IMG/VR virus record: IMGVR_UViG_3300035670_000226
Coordinates: 1 to 60,246 of that record
DNA: 60,246 nt
Direction: 5' to 3' (one strand)
From: a virus
Taxonomy: Duplodnaviria > Caudoviricetes
Shown here: in pieces, positions 1 to 9,507 of the stretch
How the letters are laid out: each line of letters starts with the position of its first letter
Position numbering within the stretch: the first letter of the stretch is position 1
The notes under the pieces: generated by a model
The model's database searches: none
The model's input: only the letters and a program-made list of their open reading frames with translations
What the model was told of the DNA's origin: nothing
Position numbers and translations under genes: made by a program

Positions 1-68
1 CCTACAGTGTAGATGTCAGTGGCGGTAGTTGCGCTCGGTGCGCTCTGTGCTAGTACTTTTACTGCCAT
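1..68 (-). CDS. N-terminal part of a virion/tail-associated protein (runs off window start)
   Basis: ATG at 68 just after the stop of the upstream gene; reads MAVKVLAQSAPSATTATDIYTV, open to window edge. Confidence 0.55.
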   Translation of the reverse strand, partial: MAVKVLAQSAPSATTATDIYTV

Positions 69-69
69 G

Positions 70-450
70 TTAGGCTCCCATCAATAAGAAGATTTGTTTG
101 GTTGGGTCAGTGGTCACCGCTGCCCAACTTGCGTCAGTTCCATCGGTAGTTAGGTACTTACCCGAGTTACCAGTCTGGCTCGGTAGAGCATCGATGTCAG
201 CGTTAACCCAGTTGGTTCCGTTGTACTGAAGAACTTGACCAGTAGCGGCTGAAGTGATTACGACGTCACCGACGTTGTCTAGCGCCTCTAGGTTTCCAAA
301 GTAAGCTAGAGAAGTCCAAGCGGTAGAACCATCACCTAGTTTTACTTTGCCAGTGTTGGACTCTAGGCCCCACTCACCAGCGGCTAGGGTTGGGTTAGCG
401 GTGGTCCACTGGGTGGCAGTACCACGTCGAATCTGAATTTTAGTTGGCAT
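70..450 (-). CDS. Short tail-fibre protein with Mtd_N/hyaluronidase-N-like domain
   Basis: IQIRRGTATQWTTANPTLAAGEWGLE...KLGDG motif typical of fibre N-termini; GQVLQYNGTNW repeat. Confidence 0.75.
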   Translation of the reverse strand: MPTKIQIRRGTATQWTTANPTLAAGEWGLESNTGKVKLGDGSTAWTSLAYFGNLEALDNVGDVVITSAATGQVLQYNGTNWVNADIDALPSQTGNSGKYLTTDGTDASWAAVTTDPTKQIFLLMGA

Positions 451-1526
451 TAGAAACTACTCGCATCTCCACCGTCAATGGCATCCCCAGTGTAGATAGA
501 ACTAGGGTCGCCTCCATCAATTGTACTAGTAATAGGGGCAGGTCCGTTTACCCAAAGTTCTGCAGTTGCGTCGTATTTGAGAATCTGACCATCAGTTGGG
601 GTGTCAATCAGTACGTTGTGCAGCTCTTCTAGCTCAAAGCCGTTTTGTACCTTTACAAAGATTTCTCCGTTACTGGAGTTAACTCTGGTAACAATTCCAA
701 TGAAGACTAAGTGGTCAGGTGCTGTTGGCTTACTAGCCAACCCGTATAGTAGCTGACCAGAGGTTCCTAGCCAGACAGGGTCTCCAGCAGTTGCTCCAGA
801 AGTGTTTAGGCCAGCAAGAAGTCCCTCAGTGACTACAAAGCCAGAGGCATCATCCGCTAACTCTTGTGCAAGAAGTCCAATAGTTTTGCTGGAGGTCATT
901 TCAGCGTCGTTAGAAGCGTATGACACCAGCATGTTAGTACCGTTTGCACCAGAGACGTAGACTGCACGTCCCTTTAGAAGGGTGCCTCCTGTGGTGTTTA
1001 GCACAGTGTGCTTTACCTGAGAGGCGTAGTTCTCAATCCAAGCGGTGTCGTAGTCGTCGTCAGTGGCCTTAGCAAGGATGTACCCCTCTAGACCACCAGT
1101 AGGAACACCTGCAGCGCCACCAGTAGTTGGGTCTACCCAGAAACCATCGTAGTATACGTATATAACACCTTCGGCTGTACTAAACCATACGTCACCAACA
1201 GTGGGGTTAGCGGGGGCAGTCTCAGAGACGATGTAGCCACCGCTGTTGTCTCCTACTTCTACCCAGAAGCTGTCGTAGTAGATGTAGCTTTTAGCTGTAG
1301 TTGAGTCAAACCAGTAAGTACCTTCGCTAGGGTCTGCTGGTGCAGTGTCGGAAACAATTACGCCCCCGCCACCACCGCCAGAACCCTGTGCGATAACCCA
1401 CGTCGTCCCATCATGAACGTAGATTTTTGACTCATCTGATTTAAAGAAGAGGTCACCAGCCGCTCCCGCAGATGGCAGGCTCGTGCCACTGGGGAGTCGG
1501 GGAGGGGTGAGGAATCTTCTGGACAA
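450..1526 (-). CDS. Tail fibre / structural protein
   Basis: Two tandem S[DE]TAP..P..G..WF.....Y.YYD.FW repeats; Gly-rich linkers; coupled stop/start with neighbour. Confidence 0.7.
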   Translation of the reverse strand: MSRRFLTPPRLPSGTSLPSAGAAGDLFFKSDESKIYVHDGTTWVIAQGSGGGGGGVIVSDTAPADPSEGTYWFDSTTAKSYIYYDSFWVEVGDNSGGYIVSETAPANPTVGDVWFSTAEGVIYVYYDGFWVDPTTGGAAGVPTGGLEGYILAKATDDDYDTAWIENYASQVKHTVLNTTGGTLLKGRAVYVSGANGTNMLVSYASNDAEMTSSKTIGLLAQELADDASGFVVTEGLLAGLNTSGATAGDPVWLGTSGQLLYGLASKPTAPDHLVFIGIVTRVNSSNGEIFVKVQNGFELEELHNVLIDTPTDGQILKYDATAELWVNGPAPITSTIDGGDPSSIYTGDAIDGGDASSF

Positions 1527-1536
1527 TTAACTATCC

Positions 1537-2958
1537 TTAGCCGATTACTACTACTCGGTAGCTGTCTGCAGCTACGTTAGCGCCTGCTACCCATGAAAGG
1601 GTAACAACCGAGGTAGAAGTGCGAACTACATCGACCTCAACGTCAGCGTCAGTAGCTAGGTCGTAAACCTGTACGGTTACGTCCTTGGTGCCTAGGTTGT
1701 GGGTTACAGCCCAAGTAACGATGCCAGAAGAAGGAACTAGAGTGTCGTTGCTTGCAGCAAAGCGGGTCATGAACCCTAGGTTGGTCTTTGCACCAGCAGC
1801 AGTAGACGCACCAGTACCACCGTCAGCGACAGCAATGTCGGTACCATTCCAAGTACCAGAGGTGATAGTACCTACGGTAGTAATAGATGACTGACCAGCA
1901 TAAGTGCTAGCGATGTCGATGCTGTCTGCGTTTACGGTGATGCGGTCTGCGGTGCCTACTGCGTCAATGGTGTTGCCAGTCTTGGTAAGACCTGCGCCAG
2001 CGGTAATCTGTCCAGCACCTGAGAACTGAGCAAAAGCAAGCGCAGTGGTGTCTAGGGTGATGGTGTCGTTGGTGGTTAGTACCCAGCCAGAGTCTGCATT
2101 TGCGGTACCCTCTGATACGAAGGTAAACATACCTGCGGTAACTTCAGCAGAGCTGTTTGCGTCGCCAGCTCTCTGTAGCTCCCAGTTTCCACCCTTGTCG
2201 TAAACCTCGTAGATACCGTTCTGCGAAGCAGTGGACTGGTCCTTTACAAGGATGCGGTTACTAACGGCAATCTCTACGCCGTCAATTAGGGTGCCGTAAG
2301 CAACGTTGCCTAGGTTAGCAATGTTTGCAGTGGTAGCCACACGGACAGACTGCTTTACGTCTAGTCCAGAGCGGGCTGCGTCAACATACGCCTTGGTAGC
2401 AGCGTCTTGAGGGCTGGTCGGGTCAGCTAGGCTAACAATCTTCTGGCTGTTCATCGAGAACTCAGCAGCAGGTGCAGTCAGGCTGTTTACAGTGTTAGTG
2501 CTGAGAATTACGGTACCAGAAGCGTCTGGAAGAGTAATAGTGCGGTCAGCGGTAGGGTCAGTAGCAGTAACGGTAAGCTCGTTACCGTCCGCAGTAGCGC
2601 CTTCAAAGATAAGGTTGCTGACGAGGCTAACGTCTCCAGTAAAGACTGGGTTAGCCTTTGGAGCCAACTCGCTTAGCTGAGTCTGGACGTTAGCAGTAAC
2701 ACCGTCTAGGTAGTTAAGCTCAGTGGTGGTGATAGTCGCACCATCAAGGATGTTAATCTCTGCAGCAGATGCAGTAACACCGTTGATACCCACGGCCTCA
2801 AACTCGGTGCCGTTGTAGACACGGAGTTCATTAGCAGAGGTGTTGAAGTAAATCTGACCCAGTACAGGGTTAGAAGGGTCATTCGCCAGATTCTGGATTC
2901 TGGCGTTTAGCAGCTCATTCTTATTAAGATTGAGTCCAGTTAGAAACTGACGAGCCAT
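1537..2958 (-). CDS. Tail fibre protein
   Basis: DAATKAYVD, LDVKQSVRVATT, RILVKDQ...QNGIY and HNLGT motifs typical of phage fibres. Confidence 0.75.
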   Translation of the reverse strand: MARQFLTGLNLNKNELLNARIQNLANDPSNPVLGQIYFNTSANELRVYNGTEFEAVGINGVTASAAEINILDGATITTTELNYLDGVTANVQTQLSELAPKANPVFTGDVSLVSNLIFEGATADGNELTVTATDPTADRTITLPDASGTVILSTNTVNSLTAPAAEFSMNSQKIVSLADPTSPQDAATKAYVDAARSGLDVKQSVRVATTANIANLGNVAYGTLIDGVEIAVSNRILVKDQSTASQNGIYEVYDKGGNWELQRAGDANSSAEVTAGMFTFVSEGTANADSGWVLTTNDTITLDTTALAFAQFSGAGQITAGAGLTKTGNTIDAVGTADRITVNADSIDIASTYAGQSSITTVGTITSGTWNGTDIAVADGGTGASTAAGAKTNLGFMTRFAASNDTLVPSSGIVTWAVTHNLGTKDVTVQVYDLATDADVEVDVVRTSTSVVTLSWVAGANVAADSYRVVVIG

Positions 2959-2967
2959 TTAATTTCC

Positions 2968-3270
2968 TTAGGATAGTTGAGCAATGCCCGACATAGTTGC
3001 CGAGAATTGCAGGGTTAGTTGGTTAACGCTGTTGTGGATAATGTGGCCTTCCACAATATCTCCCGCACTGTTGAAAACAGTAACGTTTGGTTTGAAGCCC
3101 AAGTTGTGAGTGACGGTCCATTGCGAAGCGGTGGCGCTTTGCGTGTGAGTGTACGAGATGAGTGGTATTAGTTGCTTTGAGGTTACTCTCTGCGGAACCG
3201 CAGGGAGAAAATCAGTGTCTATAACAGGGTATAGAGGGTCGACGTTAGTTTCTGGGTAAAACTCAGGCAT
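2968..3270 (-). CDS. Small tail-fibre-associated protein
   Basis: WTVTHNLGFKPNVTV motif, shared with the C-terminus of 1537..2958. Confidence 0.65.
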   Translation of the reverse strand: MPEFYPETNVDPLYPVIDTDFLPAVPQRVTSKQLIPLISYTHTQSATASQWTVTHNLGFKPNVTVFNSAGDIVEGHIIHNSVNQLTLQFSATMSGIAQLS

Positions 3271-4325
3271 TATAAGACCGCCGTTCCGACTCTATCGGTA
3301 AGGAAGTTTCCGCCCTTTATCTCAATTATCTCACCAGTCTCGTCGTCAACAGAGGCTATTTGCCAATAAGTGCGTTGGGCAATCCTCAGTGTTTGGTCTG
3401 CGGTTAAGGAGATAGTAGCGGTATGAGCGCTTCCCACAGCAGTTACAGTAAGAGCAAAGTTTTGAACAATGTACTTGCTTCCTCTTTGGTTTAGGAGGCG
3501 AGCGATAAAGGACTTGTCGGTGAACACACCGCTGAAAGTTACGGTGCCAGAGTAAGCAACCCCCTGGTAAGCGGTAAGTTCGCCACCCTCGGTAGGCCAT
3601 ACAATTGCTGCATCTCCGTAAGTAGGAAGCGGTAGGTCTGCTCGTTGTGGGTGAGACCTGTCATCAACTTCCTGTGGCTTGTATACAGGCACGTATCGGT
3701 TAGTCATCTTAGAGATGCGTCTCAGAGTGAATACATCGATGCTGTACATACCGATGCCCAGCTGAACACACAGCTCACGGTATTGAGATTGACGGGCCTC
3801 AATCATCTCCATAAGCTGGCGATAACGCTCAGAACGTGGGATGGTGACACCATCTGGGGCAAAGATGTTGATGTCAAACGAAGCATCGGTAGCCAGGGTA
3901 TAAAGCGCTAGGGTAGTAGCGTACAAAGCTACTGGGTACTCTTCAATTACAGGAAGATTTTCTAGGGTAATCCGTCTTCCCAAAGCGTCTACGTCACGCC
4001 CAGAATGCTGAGTAACCGCAGTCTGAATGACATTTTCTAGTTCTGTAGTGGTGAAGTACCTGTAGTAGTTGCCAGTTACAGTGAACTCATCATCAATGTC
4101 TGGAAGCTCATCTAGGACAAGTACGCCAGTCTGCTCTTCAATCTCGCAACTGTTGGAGATGTCTATACCGTTTTTAAAAACCTGCACATTTGGTGCGTCT
4201 ACAGGAGCGTAGTTAAGCCTGTATCGGTTAGTGCTAATGTCTGAGATGAATTGAGTAACGAAAGACTTTGGCATATCGCCAAGTTCAAACCGCACTCGCT
4301 CAACTAGCGAAGACAGAGTAGCCAC
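3270..4325 (-). CDS. Putative head-tail connector/neck protein
   Basis: Position after capsid genes; N-terminal LVERVRFELGD helix typical of adaptor proteins; GGAGG SD. Confidence 0.55.
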   Translation of the reverse strand: MATLSSLVERVRFELGDMPKSFVTQFISDISTNRYRLNYAPVDAPNVQVFKNGIDISNSCEIEEQTGVLVLDELPDIDDEFTVTGNYYRYFTTTELENVIQTAVTQHSGRDVDALGRRITLENLPVIEEYPVALYATTLALYTLATDASFDINIFAPDGVTIPRSERYRQLMEMIEARQSQYRELCVQLGIGMYSIDVFTLRRISKMTNRYVPVYKPQEVDDRSHPQRADLPLPTYGDAAIVWPTEGGELTAYQGVAYSGTVTFSGVFTDKSFIARLLNQRGSKYIVQNFALTVTAVGSAHTATISLTADQTLRIAQRTYWQIASVDDETGEIIEIKGGNFLTDRVGTAVL

Positions 4326-4351
4326 AAAACCTCCGTAAATTTACTAACACT

Positions 4352-4387
4352 ATGTTCTCGTATTATGGCCAGAAATACAGCGCAAAC
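4352..4387 (-). promoter_or_regulatory. Putative late promoter GTTTGC-N24-GAACAT
   Basis: One of eight fixed-spacing copies upstream of structural units. Confidence 0.5.
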
Positions 4388-4393
4388 AAGAAA

Positions 4394-4434
4394 GCCCACT
4401 CAGCTGGGAGGAGGGCGGAACCAGCTGAGTGGGC
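4394..4434 (-). terminator. Intrinsic terminator (14-bp stem, 13-nt loop)
   Basis: gcccactcagctgg/ccagctgagtgggc followed by TTTCTTGTTT on the minus strand. Confidence 0.75.
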
Positions 4435-4448
4435 AGCTTATTAGACGA

Positions 4449-4820
4449 TTAGTTAGGTCGCCAAATGTACCCAAGTCCCTCTAGGTAATCAGCAAGGTCT
4501 CTTGGAACGGAGTACTTAACACCAGACTTAAAACTGTAGGTGTTTCCGACTCCATAAGTCATTTCTTCAATGTCGGTGATAGTTCTGATAACTACCTTGT
4601 CGTTGTTTACTGCAACGCCAACTTCTTCAATCTCATCAATGAGAATTGGAGTGTCAGGCTTCTTAGGGTCAAAGACCGCAGTCTCTAGAAGCTCTGCTTC
4701 TGCCTGACGAGTAACTGAAATTTCATCTTGACGCTTGCGCAGCTCATCAGCGTTGCGTCTTGCAGCATCTTCTGCTGCCTTGCCCGTAGCATCTAGCGGG
4801 CTTGTCTTTTGTGTTGCCAC
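4449..4820 (-). CDS. Hypothetical head-associated protein
   Basis: ORF directly downstream of MCP with AGGAGA SD. Confidence 0.6.
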   Translation of the reverse strand: MATQKTSPLDATGKAAEDAARRNADELRKRQDEISVTRQAEAELLETAVFDPKKPDTPILIDEIEEVGVAVNNDKVVIRTITDIEEMTYGVGNTYSFKSGVKYSVPRDLADYLEGLGYIWRPN

Positions 4821-4929
4821 GTTATTTTTCTCCTAGTGTTGAATGTTTGTGTTGGGTGGGGGCTGGAACTGCATAACAGCTCCACGTCGTCCGTCCGGAC
4901 GACGGTGCCCCCACCCAAGGTTTTGGCTA

Positions 4930-6042
4930 TTAAGCGGTGTAAACCTTAACAATAGCCTGGTCGGTGATAACACCTAGACCCCAGATGGCATACCATGCTA
5001 GTGCGTGCTCACGACCGAAGTCTAGAACACCACCGTCACGGAGCTCAACTGGTAGGGAGATTGCGTGACCGAATGCGTTGTCACCAATCATGATGGACTC
5101 GTAAACGTCCGCAGTAGTGGTGCCAGTTGGGGCAGTTGCGCCTGGAGCCTCTGGGTTTCCACCAGAACCTGGAGCGGTGTTTGCCTTTACTGGAGCTGAC
5201 CAGTAGTCAGATGGAGCACCAACCTGAGAGCTGTAGTTAACAGCGGTGCCCGAGGCAATCTTCTTCACCTGAGTGGTCTCAATGAAGACTACGTCGTATA
5301 GACGACCAATCTCACCAAGCATGAAGTTACCTGGAGCAGCGTACTTGGTAACTTCGATGAACTCTGGGTTCGAACGAAGGTCACGAGACTGCTTAGGGTG
5401 GATGAACTGAACGTAGGTCTCACCTAGGCGTGGGATGTTCTTACCAGCAAGGGTAAGAGCTGCATCCTTGATTGCACCAGTGGTGAGCTTGTGGTCAGCG
5501 GAGACACCAGCAATAGAAGTAGCTGGGGTGCCCTCGTCGTAGTTGGTGAATGCGCCACCAGAGATACCTGAGCGGTCGTAACCGAATACTGCAGAGGTTG
5601 CAGCAGACAGGGTGTTACGTGCCTGTAGGTCTAGGTACTGTGCCATGTGGCGACCTAGTAGACGAGATGCGGAAGCCATAACGTCATCGAAAGATGCGTT
5701 TAGCAGTAGCTCTGATACGGCAGTTGCGTAACCGTGCTCAGCAACGGTGATAGCAATCTGCTCTGCAGTCAGAGAGTTGGTGGTCATACGGACACCTTCG
5801 GTTAGTGGAGTTGGGTCCACTGCGAAGTTCTTGTAGCGAAGGAAGTTGACACGAAGACCAGGAGCTACACCGAGCTCAGTCTTCTTGACAGCAAACTGCT
5901 CAAAGCGAAGAATTGGCATCGCCTGGAACAGAATCTCCTTCGACCAGATTGTTTGGATGGCCTGAGACAGCTGAGTGTTGGACCCCGAGTAAGCGGTAGG
6001 GGCCGAAGCTAGCTGGCTAGAACCAGTAATACCTGAAGCCAT
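4930..6042 (-). CDS. Major capsid protein (N4-gp56-like, HK97 fold)
   Basis: 370 aa; LTEGV...EHG, FIHPKQSRDL, GEIGRLYDVVFIET motifs; follows scaffold and portal. Confidence 0.9.
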   Translation of the reverse strand: MASGITGSSQLASAPTAYSGSNTQLSQAIQTIWSKEILFQAMPILRFEQFAVKKTELGVAPGLRVNFLRYKNFAVDPTPLTEGVRMTTNSLTAEQIAITVAEHGYATAVSELLLNASFDDVMASASRLLGRHMAQYLDLQARNTLSAATSAVFGYDRSGISGGAFTNYDEGTPATSIAGVSADHKLTTGAIKDAALTLAGKNIPRLGETYVQFIHPKQSRDLRSNPEFIEVTKYAAPGNFMLGEIGRLYDVVFIETTQVKKIASGTAVNYSSQVGAPSDYWSAPVKANTAPGSGGNPEAPGATAPTGTTTADVYESIMIGDNAFGHAISLPVELRDGGVLDFGREHALAWYAIWGLGVITDQAIVKVYTA

Positions 6043-6099
6043 GGTGGTTCAAGTCCTTTCGGTCGTTAGATGGTTGGTTGATTATTTGGTAGTTTCTCT

Positions 6100-6861
6100 C
6101 TACCCGAACAAACCCTGTCCACTGTTGTTGCCTGAACCAAGAAGCTTGGCCCTGTTCTTCGCATAGTCAGCCATTGACATGTTAGTAATGTCATTAGGAG
6201 AGTACGAACGTTGCTCCGAGTCGTTGTCGAGGGGTCCAGAGGCAGGTACGGTCACCCGTGCTCCCACCATATCCTTTCGGCTCTGGACACCCGCTTGGGC
6301 TACAGAGTCGAAAATCTTTGCAGACTTTTCCTTCAATGACGAGATGCTCTGCTCAATCTCATTCTCGTCATTACCCTGAATCATGTCGATTAGCTCAGGG
6401 ATAATGTTGTCACGCTCTTGCTCCAGTCTCATTGAACGGTAGTTCATGAGCTGCTGGAAGCGGCGCTCCTGCTCAAGAAGTGCAAATGCCTTTTCACGCT
6501 CTAGTCGCTCTGACTCAAGCTGGGCCTGCCACTCCTCTTCCTTTTTCTTGAGAAGGTCTCGCACTTCTAGTGCGGCTTCTTCCTCTTCCTTCTTCTTTTT
6601 AGCAGCCTCTGCCTCACGCTTTTTGCGCTCTTCCTTACGGCGAGCCTCTTCAAGTTCACGCTCAGTTTCACGCTGCTTTAGAAGGTTTAGTTCTTCCTTT
6701 AGCTTCTCTACCTGAGGGTATAGCTTTTCCTTTTCCTGCGCACGTGCTTTAGCAATGTCCTCTGCAGTGAACTGGGGGGTTGGCAACTCGGTAGTCTCCG
6801 CCTCGATTTGTGGGTCTAGTGCGACCTCGGGTGCGTCAACACCCTGTGTAATTTCGTCCAT
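6100..6861 (-). CDS. Capsid scaffolding protein
   Basis: Highly charged coiled-coil ORF between portal and MCP; C-terminal MSMADYAKNRAKLL helix. Confidence 0.8.
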   Translation of the reverse strand: MDEITQGVDAPEVALDPQIEAETTELPTPQFTAEDIAKARAQEKEKLYPQVEKLKEELNLLKQRETERELEEARRKEERKKREAEAAKKKKEEEEAALEVRDLLKKKEEEWQAQLESERLEREKAFALLEQERRFQQLMNYRSMRLEQERDNIIPELIDMIQGNDENEIEQSISSLKEKSAKIFDSVAQAGVQSRKDMVGARVTVPASGPLDNDSEQRSYSPNDITNMSMADYAKNRAKLLGSGNNSGQGLFG

Positions 6862-6932
6862 AAATGTACTCTTTCAGTTCTCTTGGTCGTTTTCCGTATA
6901 AGTAGCTCGATGACCGTTCCTATTACATAACT

Positions 6933-6968
6933 AGTTTTTAGTATTTTTGATTAATTCGGTTGCTAAAC
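6933..6968 (-). promoter_or_regulatory. Putative late promoter GTTTAG-N24-AAAACT
   Basis: Fixed-spacing motif upstream of scaffold/MCP. Confidence 0.55.
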
Positions 6969-6988
6969 AGAATAAATTCCACTAAAAG

Positions 6989-8716
6989 CTAGTCTTTATC
7001 GATGACTGACCTTTGTGACCCAGTAGGTCCGTAAGCGTCATTCAACAAAGTCTGTCTGATGTCTGCCTCAGCTTGCATAGTTACCATCTCTACTTGAGGG
7101 TCAACCGCAGCAGGGTCAGCAGGGCCTAGGGTTCCATCTCCAGGGATGTCCCCCGCAGCAAGAGTCGGGTCAATTGGAGTGGCACTACCGTCAGGTCCAA
7201 TCATCATTCCAGTCAAGTCCATAAGCTGCTTGCTGATTTCTGCACGAACCAAGTTCAGCGCACCTTCAGCCTTCGCCTCGTCTACAAGCTCGGTACGAAT
7301 CTCCTGAAGCTTCTCTTCTGGGAACTCCTCACCAAGAGCACGTAGTGCGCCTGCCTTAGACTCAAGACCCATAGAAATCTTCTGAGCCAACTCGTTCAGT
7401 AGAACAATCTTGTCCAGAGGTAGTGGTGGTGGGAAGTGAGCGTAGGTAGTGTAGGTAAGAGGGTCGTTAGGGTCTAGCTGAGGAAGCTGGCCTGCCTTAA
7501 TTGGACCATCAGTTTCTGGGTTGTAAGTTAGGCTTTCAGGCTCTTTAACGACTAGATTGAGCATAATAAGCTCGTTAATCTTTTCTAGACCCGCCTTGTA
7601 TTGAGCCACCTTGTGAGACCAGCGGTTCATCAAAGGCTGGAACTGAATGCTAAGTGCGACACCAGAAGTGTTAGATACAGGCTGTGCCTGACCAAGAGCA
7701 GACTCTGGGATGTTCATTAGCTCGTGCATGGAGCGCTTAATCATCTCTAGGTACTGCAGAGCGCCCTGAATGCCAGAGCCACCACCTTCTAGGTTAAAGA
7801 CCTGTGCGTCCTTTGGCAGACCACCCCAGACCTTCTTAGCGCCCTTTTCAAGGTTAGACGCTTTAGCACCCACGATAACAGTTACAGGGGCAGCGTGGTA
7901 GTTGATGATGTCAGCGACATCGGTGCTTATTTCGTTGTAAGACCTATTGAGGCTAATAATGTCATGAGCATCAGATAGGCCCCAAGGAGAACCAGAGACA
8001 GGGGTGTTTGGTATGTGTACAACAGGGATAATGCCCAGCGGATTAGGCCTCGAATCAATGAGTTCATCGTTAATGTACTCCTCAATAATGTCGTCCGTAA
8101 GAATTTCAGTGTAAGTAAATACCTGACGAGTACCTTCTAGAGAAGTTCCCCAAAAACGGTACTTCTGCTTGAAACGTAGCAGGCGGGTACGGTCGTGAGG
8201 GTGGAACTCTGGGAAACAGAAAGCGGAGTTTAGAGGAAGAATACGAACACGGCCAGGATGAGCACGACCAATAGAATCTTGCCAAGGCTCTTCATACGCC
8301 ACCTTTACAAAGCAGTCACCAGTAATGCCTCCAATTTGAGCCATTTCAAGCAACACTTTGCCTTTTTCGTTGTCTACTTCCCAGACTCTTTCAAGTCGAT
8401 TGGGGACAATGGCTTCGGTAGCAGCTGGGCTTCTAAAGTAAACGCTATTACCAAAAGTAAAACGAGCCAAGTAGTCTATGAAAGCTCGGTAGTAGTTAAC
8501 CGAGATTTGCATTTCGCCTTGCTCACGGCGATATCCCCAGTGGTGACCAAGATACATGGCCCAGTTCAGGGAGTAACGGTTTAGACGAGGACCGTGGACC
8601 TCAAACTCTTCGTCAGCCAGTTCTACAAGACCAAGCGGCGATATGGAGATTGTTAAGTCAGAAGACGCTGCTCTATAGCTTGGGGGTGAAAAGTCAAAGT
8701 AAGAGCCGCCACTCAT
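6989..8716 (-). CDS. Portal protein (SPP1 gp6-like)
   Basis: 575 aa; NPLGIIPVVHIPN...GLSD and SGVAL motifs; between terminase and scaffold. Confidence 0.88.
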   Translation of the reverse strand: MSGGSYFDFSPPSYRAASSDLTISISPLGLVELADEEFEVHGPRLNRYSLNWAMYLGHHWGYRREQGEMQISVNYYRAFIDYLARFTFGNSVYFRSPAATEAIVPNRLERVWEVDNEKGKVLLEMAQIGGITGDCFVKVAYEEPWQDSIGRAHPGRVRILPLNSAFCFPEFHPHDRTRLLRFKQKYRFWGTSLEGTRQVFTYTEILTDDIIEEYINDELIDSRPNPLGIIPVVHIPNTPVSGSPWGLSDAHDIISLNRSYNEISTDVADIINYHAAPVTVIVGAKASNLEKGAKKVWGGLPKDAQVFNLEGGGSGIQGALQYLEMIKRSMHELMNIPESALGQAQPVSNTSGVALSIQFQPLMNRWSHKVAQYKAGLEKINELIMLNLVVKEPESLTYNPETDGPIKAGQLPQLDPNDPLTYTTYAHFPPPLPLDKIVLLNELAQKISMGLESKAGALRALGEEFPEEKLQEIRTELVDEAKAEGALNLVRAEISKQLMDLTGMMIGPDGSATPIDPTLAAGDIPGDGTLGPADPAAVDPQVEMVTMQAEADIRQTLLNDAYGPTGSQRSVIDKD

Positions 8717-8958
8717 TCTCTATCTCCATGTCCTTTGTGATGCCCATGTTCCGCCATTTCTTGGCGACGCTTCAGCATAGCGTGTAAAATTTCTTTTTTG
8801 CGCTGTTCTACCTCAGAGTCAATAAACTTACCCCCAAGCTCAAGGTAGCGCTTGTGAACCCAGTGGCTAGCACCAGGGGAAGGGTAAATCCTGTACTTAG
8901 CCTTGGCTTGCATAACCACCATGGCATAAAGTTTTGGGTTAGCTGGTTGCTCTGCCAT
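8713..8958 (-). CDS. Small basic hypothetical protein
   Basis: NPKLY...AKAKY..YPS..AS.W....Y..LGG.F; 4-nt overlap with portal; GGAG SD. Confidence 0.65.
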   Translation of the reverse strand: MAEQPANPKLYAMVVMQAKAKYRIYPSPGASHWVHKRYLELGGKFIDSEVEQRKKEILHAMLKRRQEMAEHGHHKGHGDRE

Positions 8959-9022
8959 ACGACTCCTAAGGGACAGCCCGACCCCTGCACTTACGCACAG
9001 GGGGCTAGGCTGACGGGGGTTC

Positions 9023-9418
9023 TTAGTCGTTGACTACGGTTGGGTTTGCACGCATAGTACGGCCACCAGTTGCAATCTTGGTCTCAATGACCTGCTCTGC
9101 GTTCTGGCTGTAAGAACCGTGTGAGAACTCACCTAGGAAGGTAGGAGCCTCAACCCATGCAGCGGAACCAACGTGTGCACGCTCAGAAAGAGTCTCAGCG
9201 GCAGGCTTCTGCCATACTGGAGCATTTCTGTTTGGACGACCTGGGGCTGCTGCAAAACCGCTAGCAATACCCTTCTGGAAGTCAGTTGGGATGTCGGTGT
9301 CGGTAGCGACGCCCTCTTCGAAGCGAAGTGGACCACGGCGCTCGCCGTTGCCTGACATCTTAGTCTCGTAAACCTGAGGCGCACGCTCAGGGAACTGTGG
9401 TGCTGGGGAAAGACCCAT
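9023..9418 (-). CDS. Hypothetical structural protein
   Basis: AAGGAG SD, own putative late promoter, between terminase and portal. Confidence 0.65.
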   Translation of the reverse strand: MGLSPAPQFPERAPQVYETKMSGNGERRGPLRFEEGVATDTDIPTDFQKGIASGFAAAPGRPNRNAPVWQKPAAETLSERAHVGSAAWVEAPTFLGEFSHGSYSQNAEQVIETKIATGGRTMRANPTVVND

Positions 9419-9462
9419 TTGAAACTCCTTAAGTTTTGGAAGTGTCGACTTTTCCAGTTATA

Positions 9463-9498
9463 AGTTTGGCTTGTAATAGCGATTTTGTAATAGTCAAC
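9463..9498 (-). promoter_or_regulatory. Putative late promoter GTTGAC-N24-CAAACT
   Basis: Fixed-spacing motif. Confidence 0.5.
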
Positions 9499-9507
9499 TC
9501 AAACTTT

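Noticed and set aside
70-450. Diversity-generating retroelement target (Mtd-like)
   Set aside because: Only the N-terminal fibre motif is present; no reverse transcriptase or TR/VR pair seen
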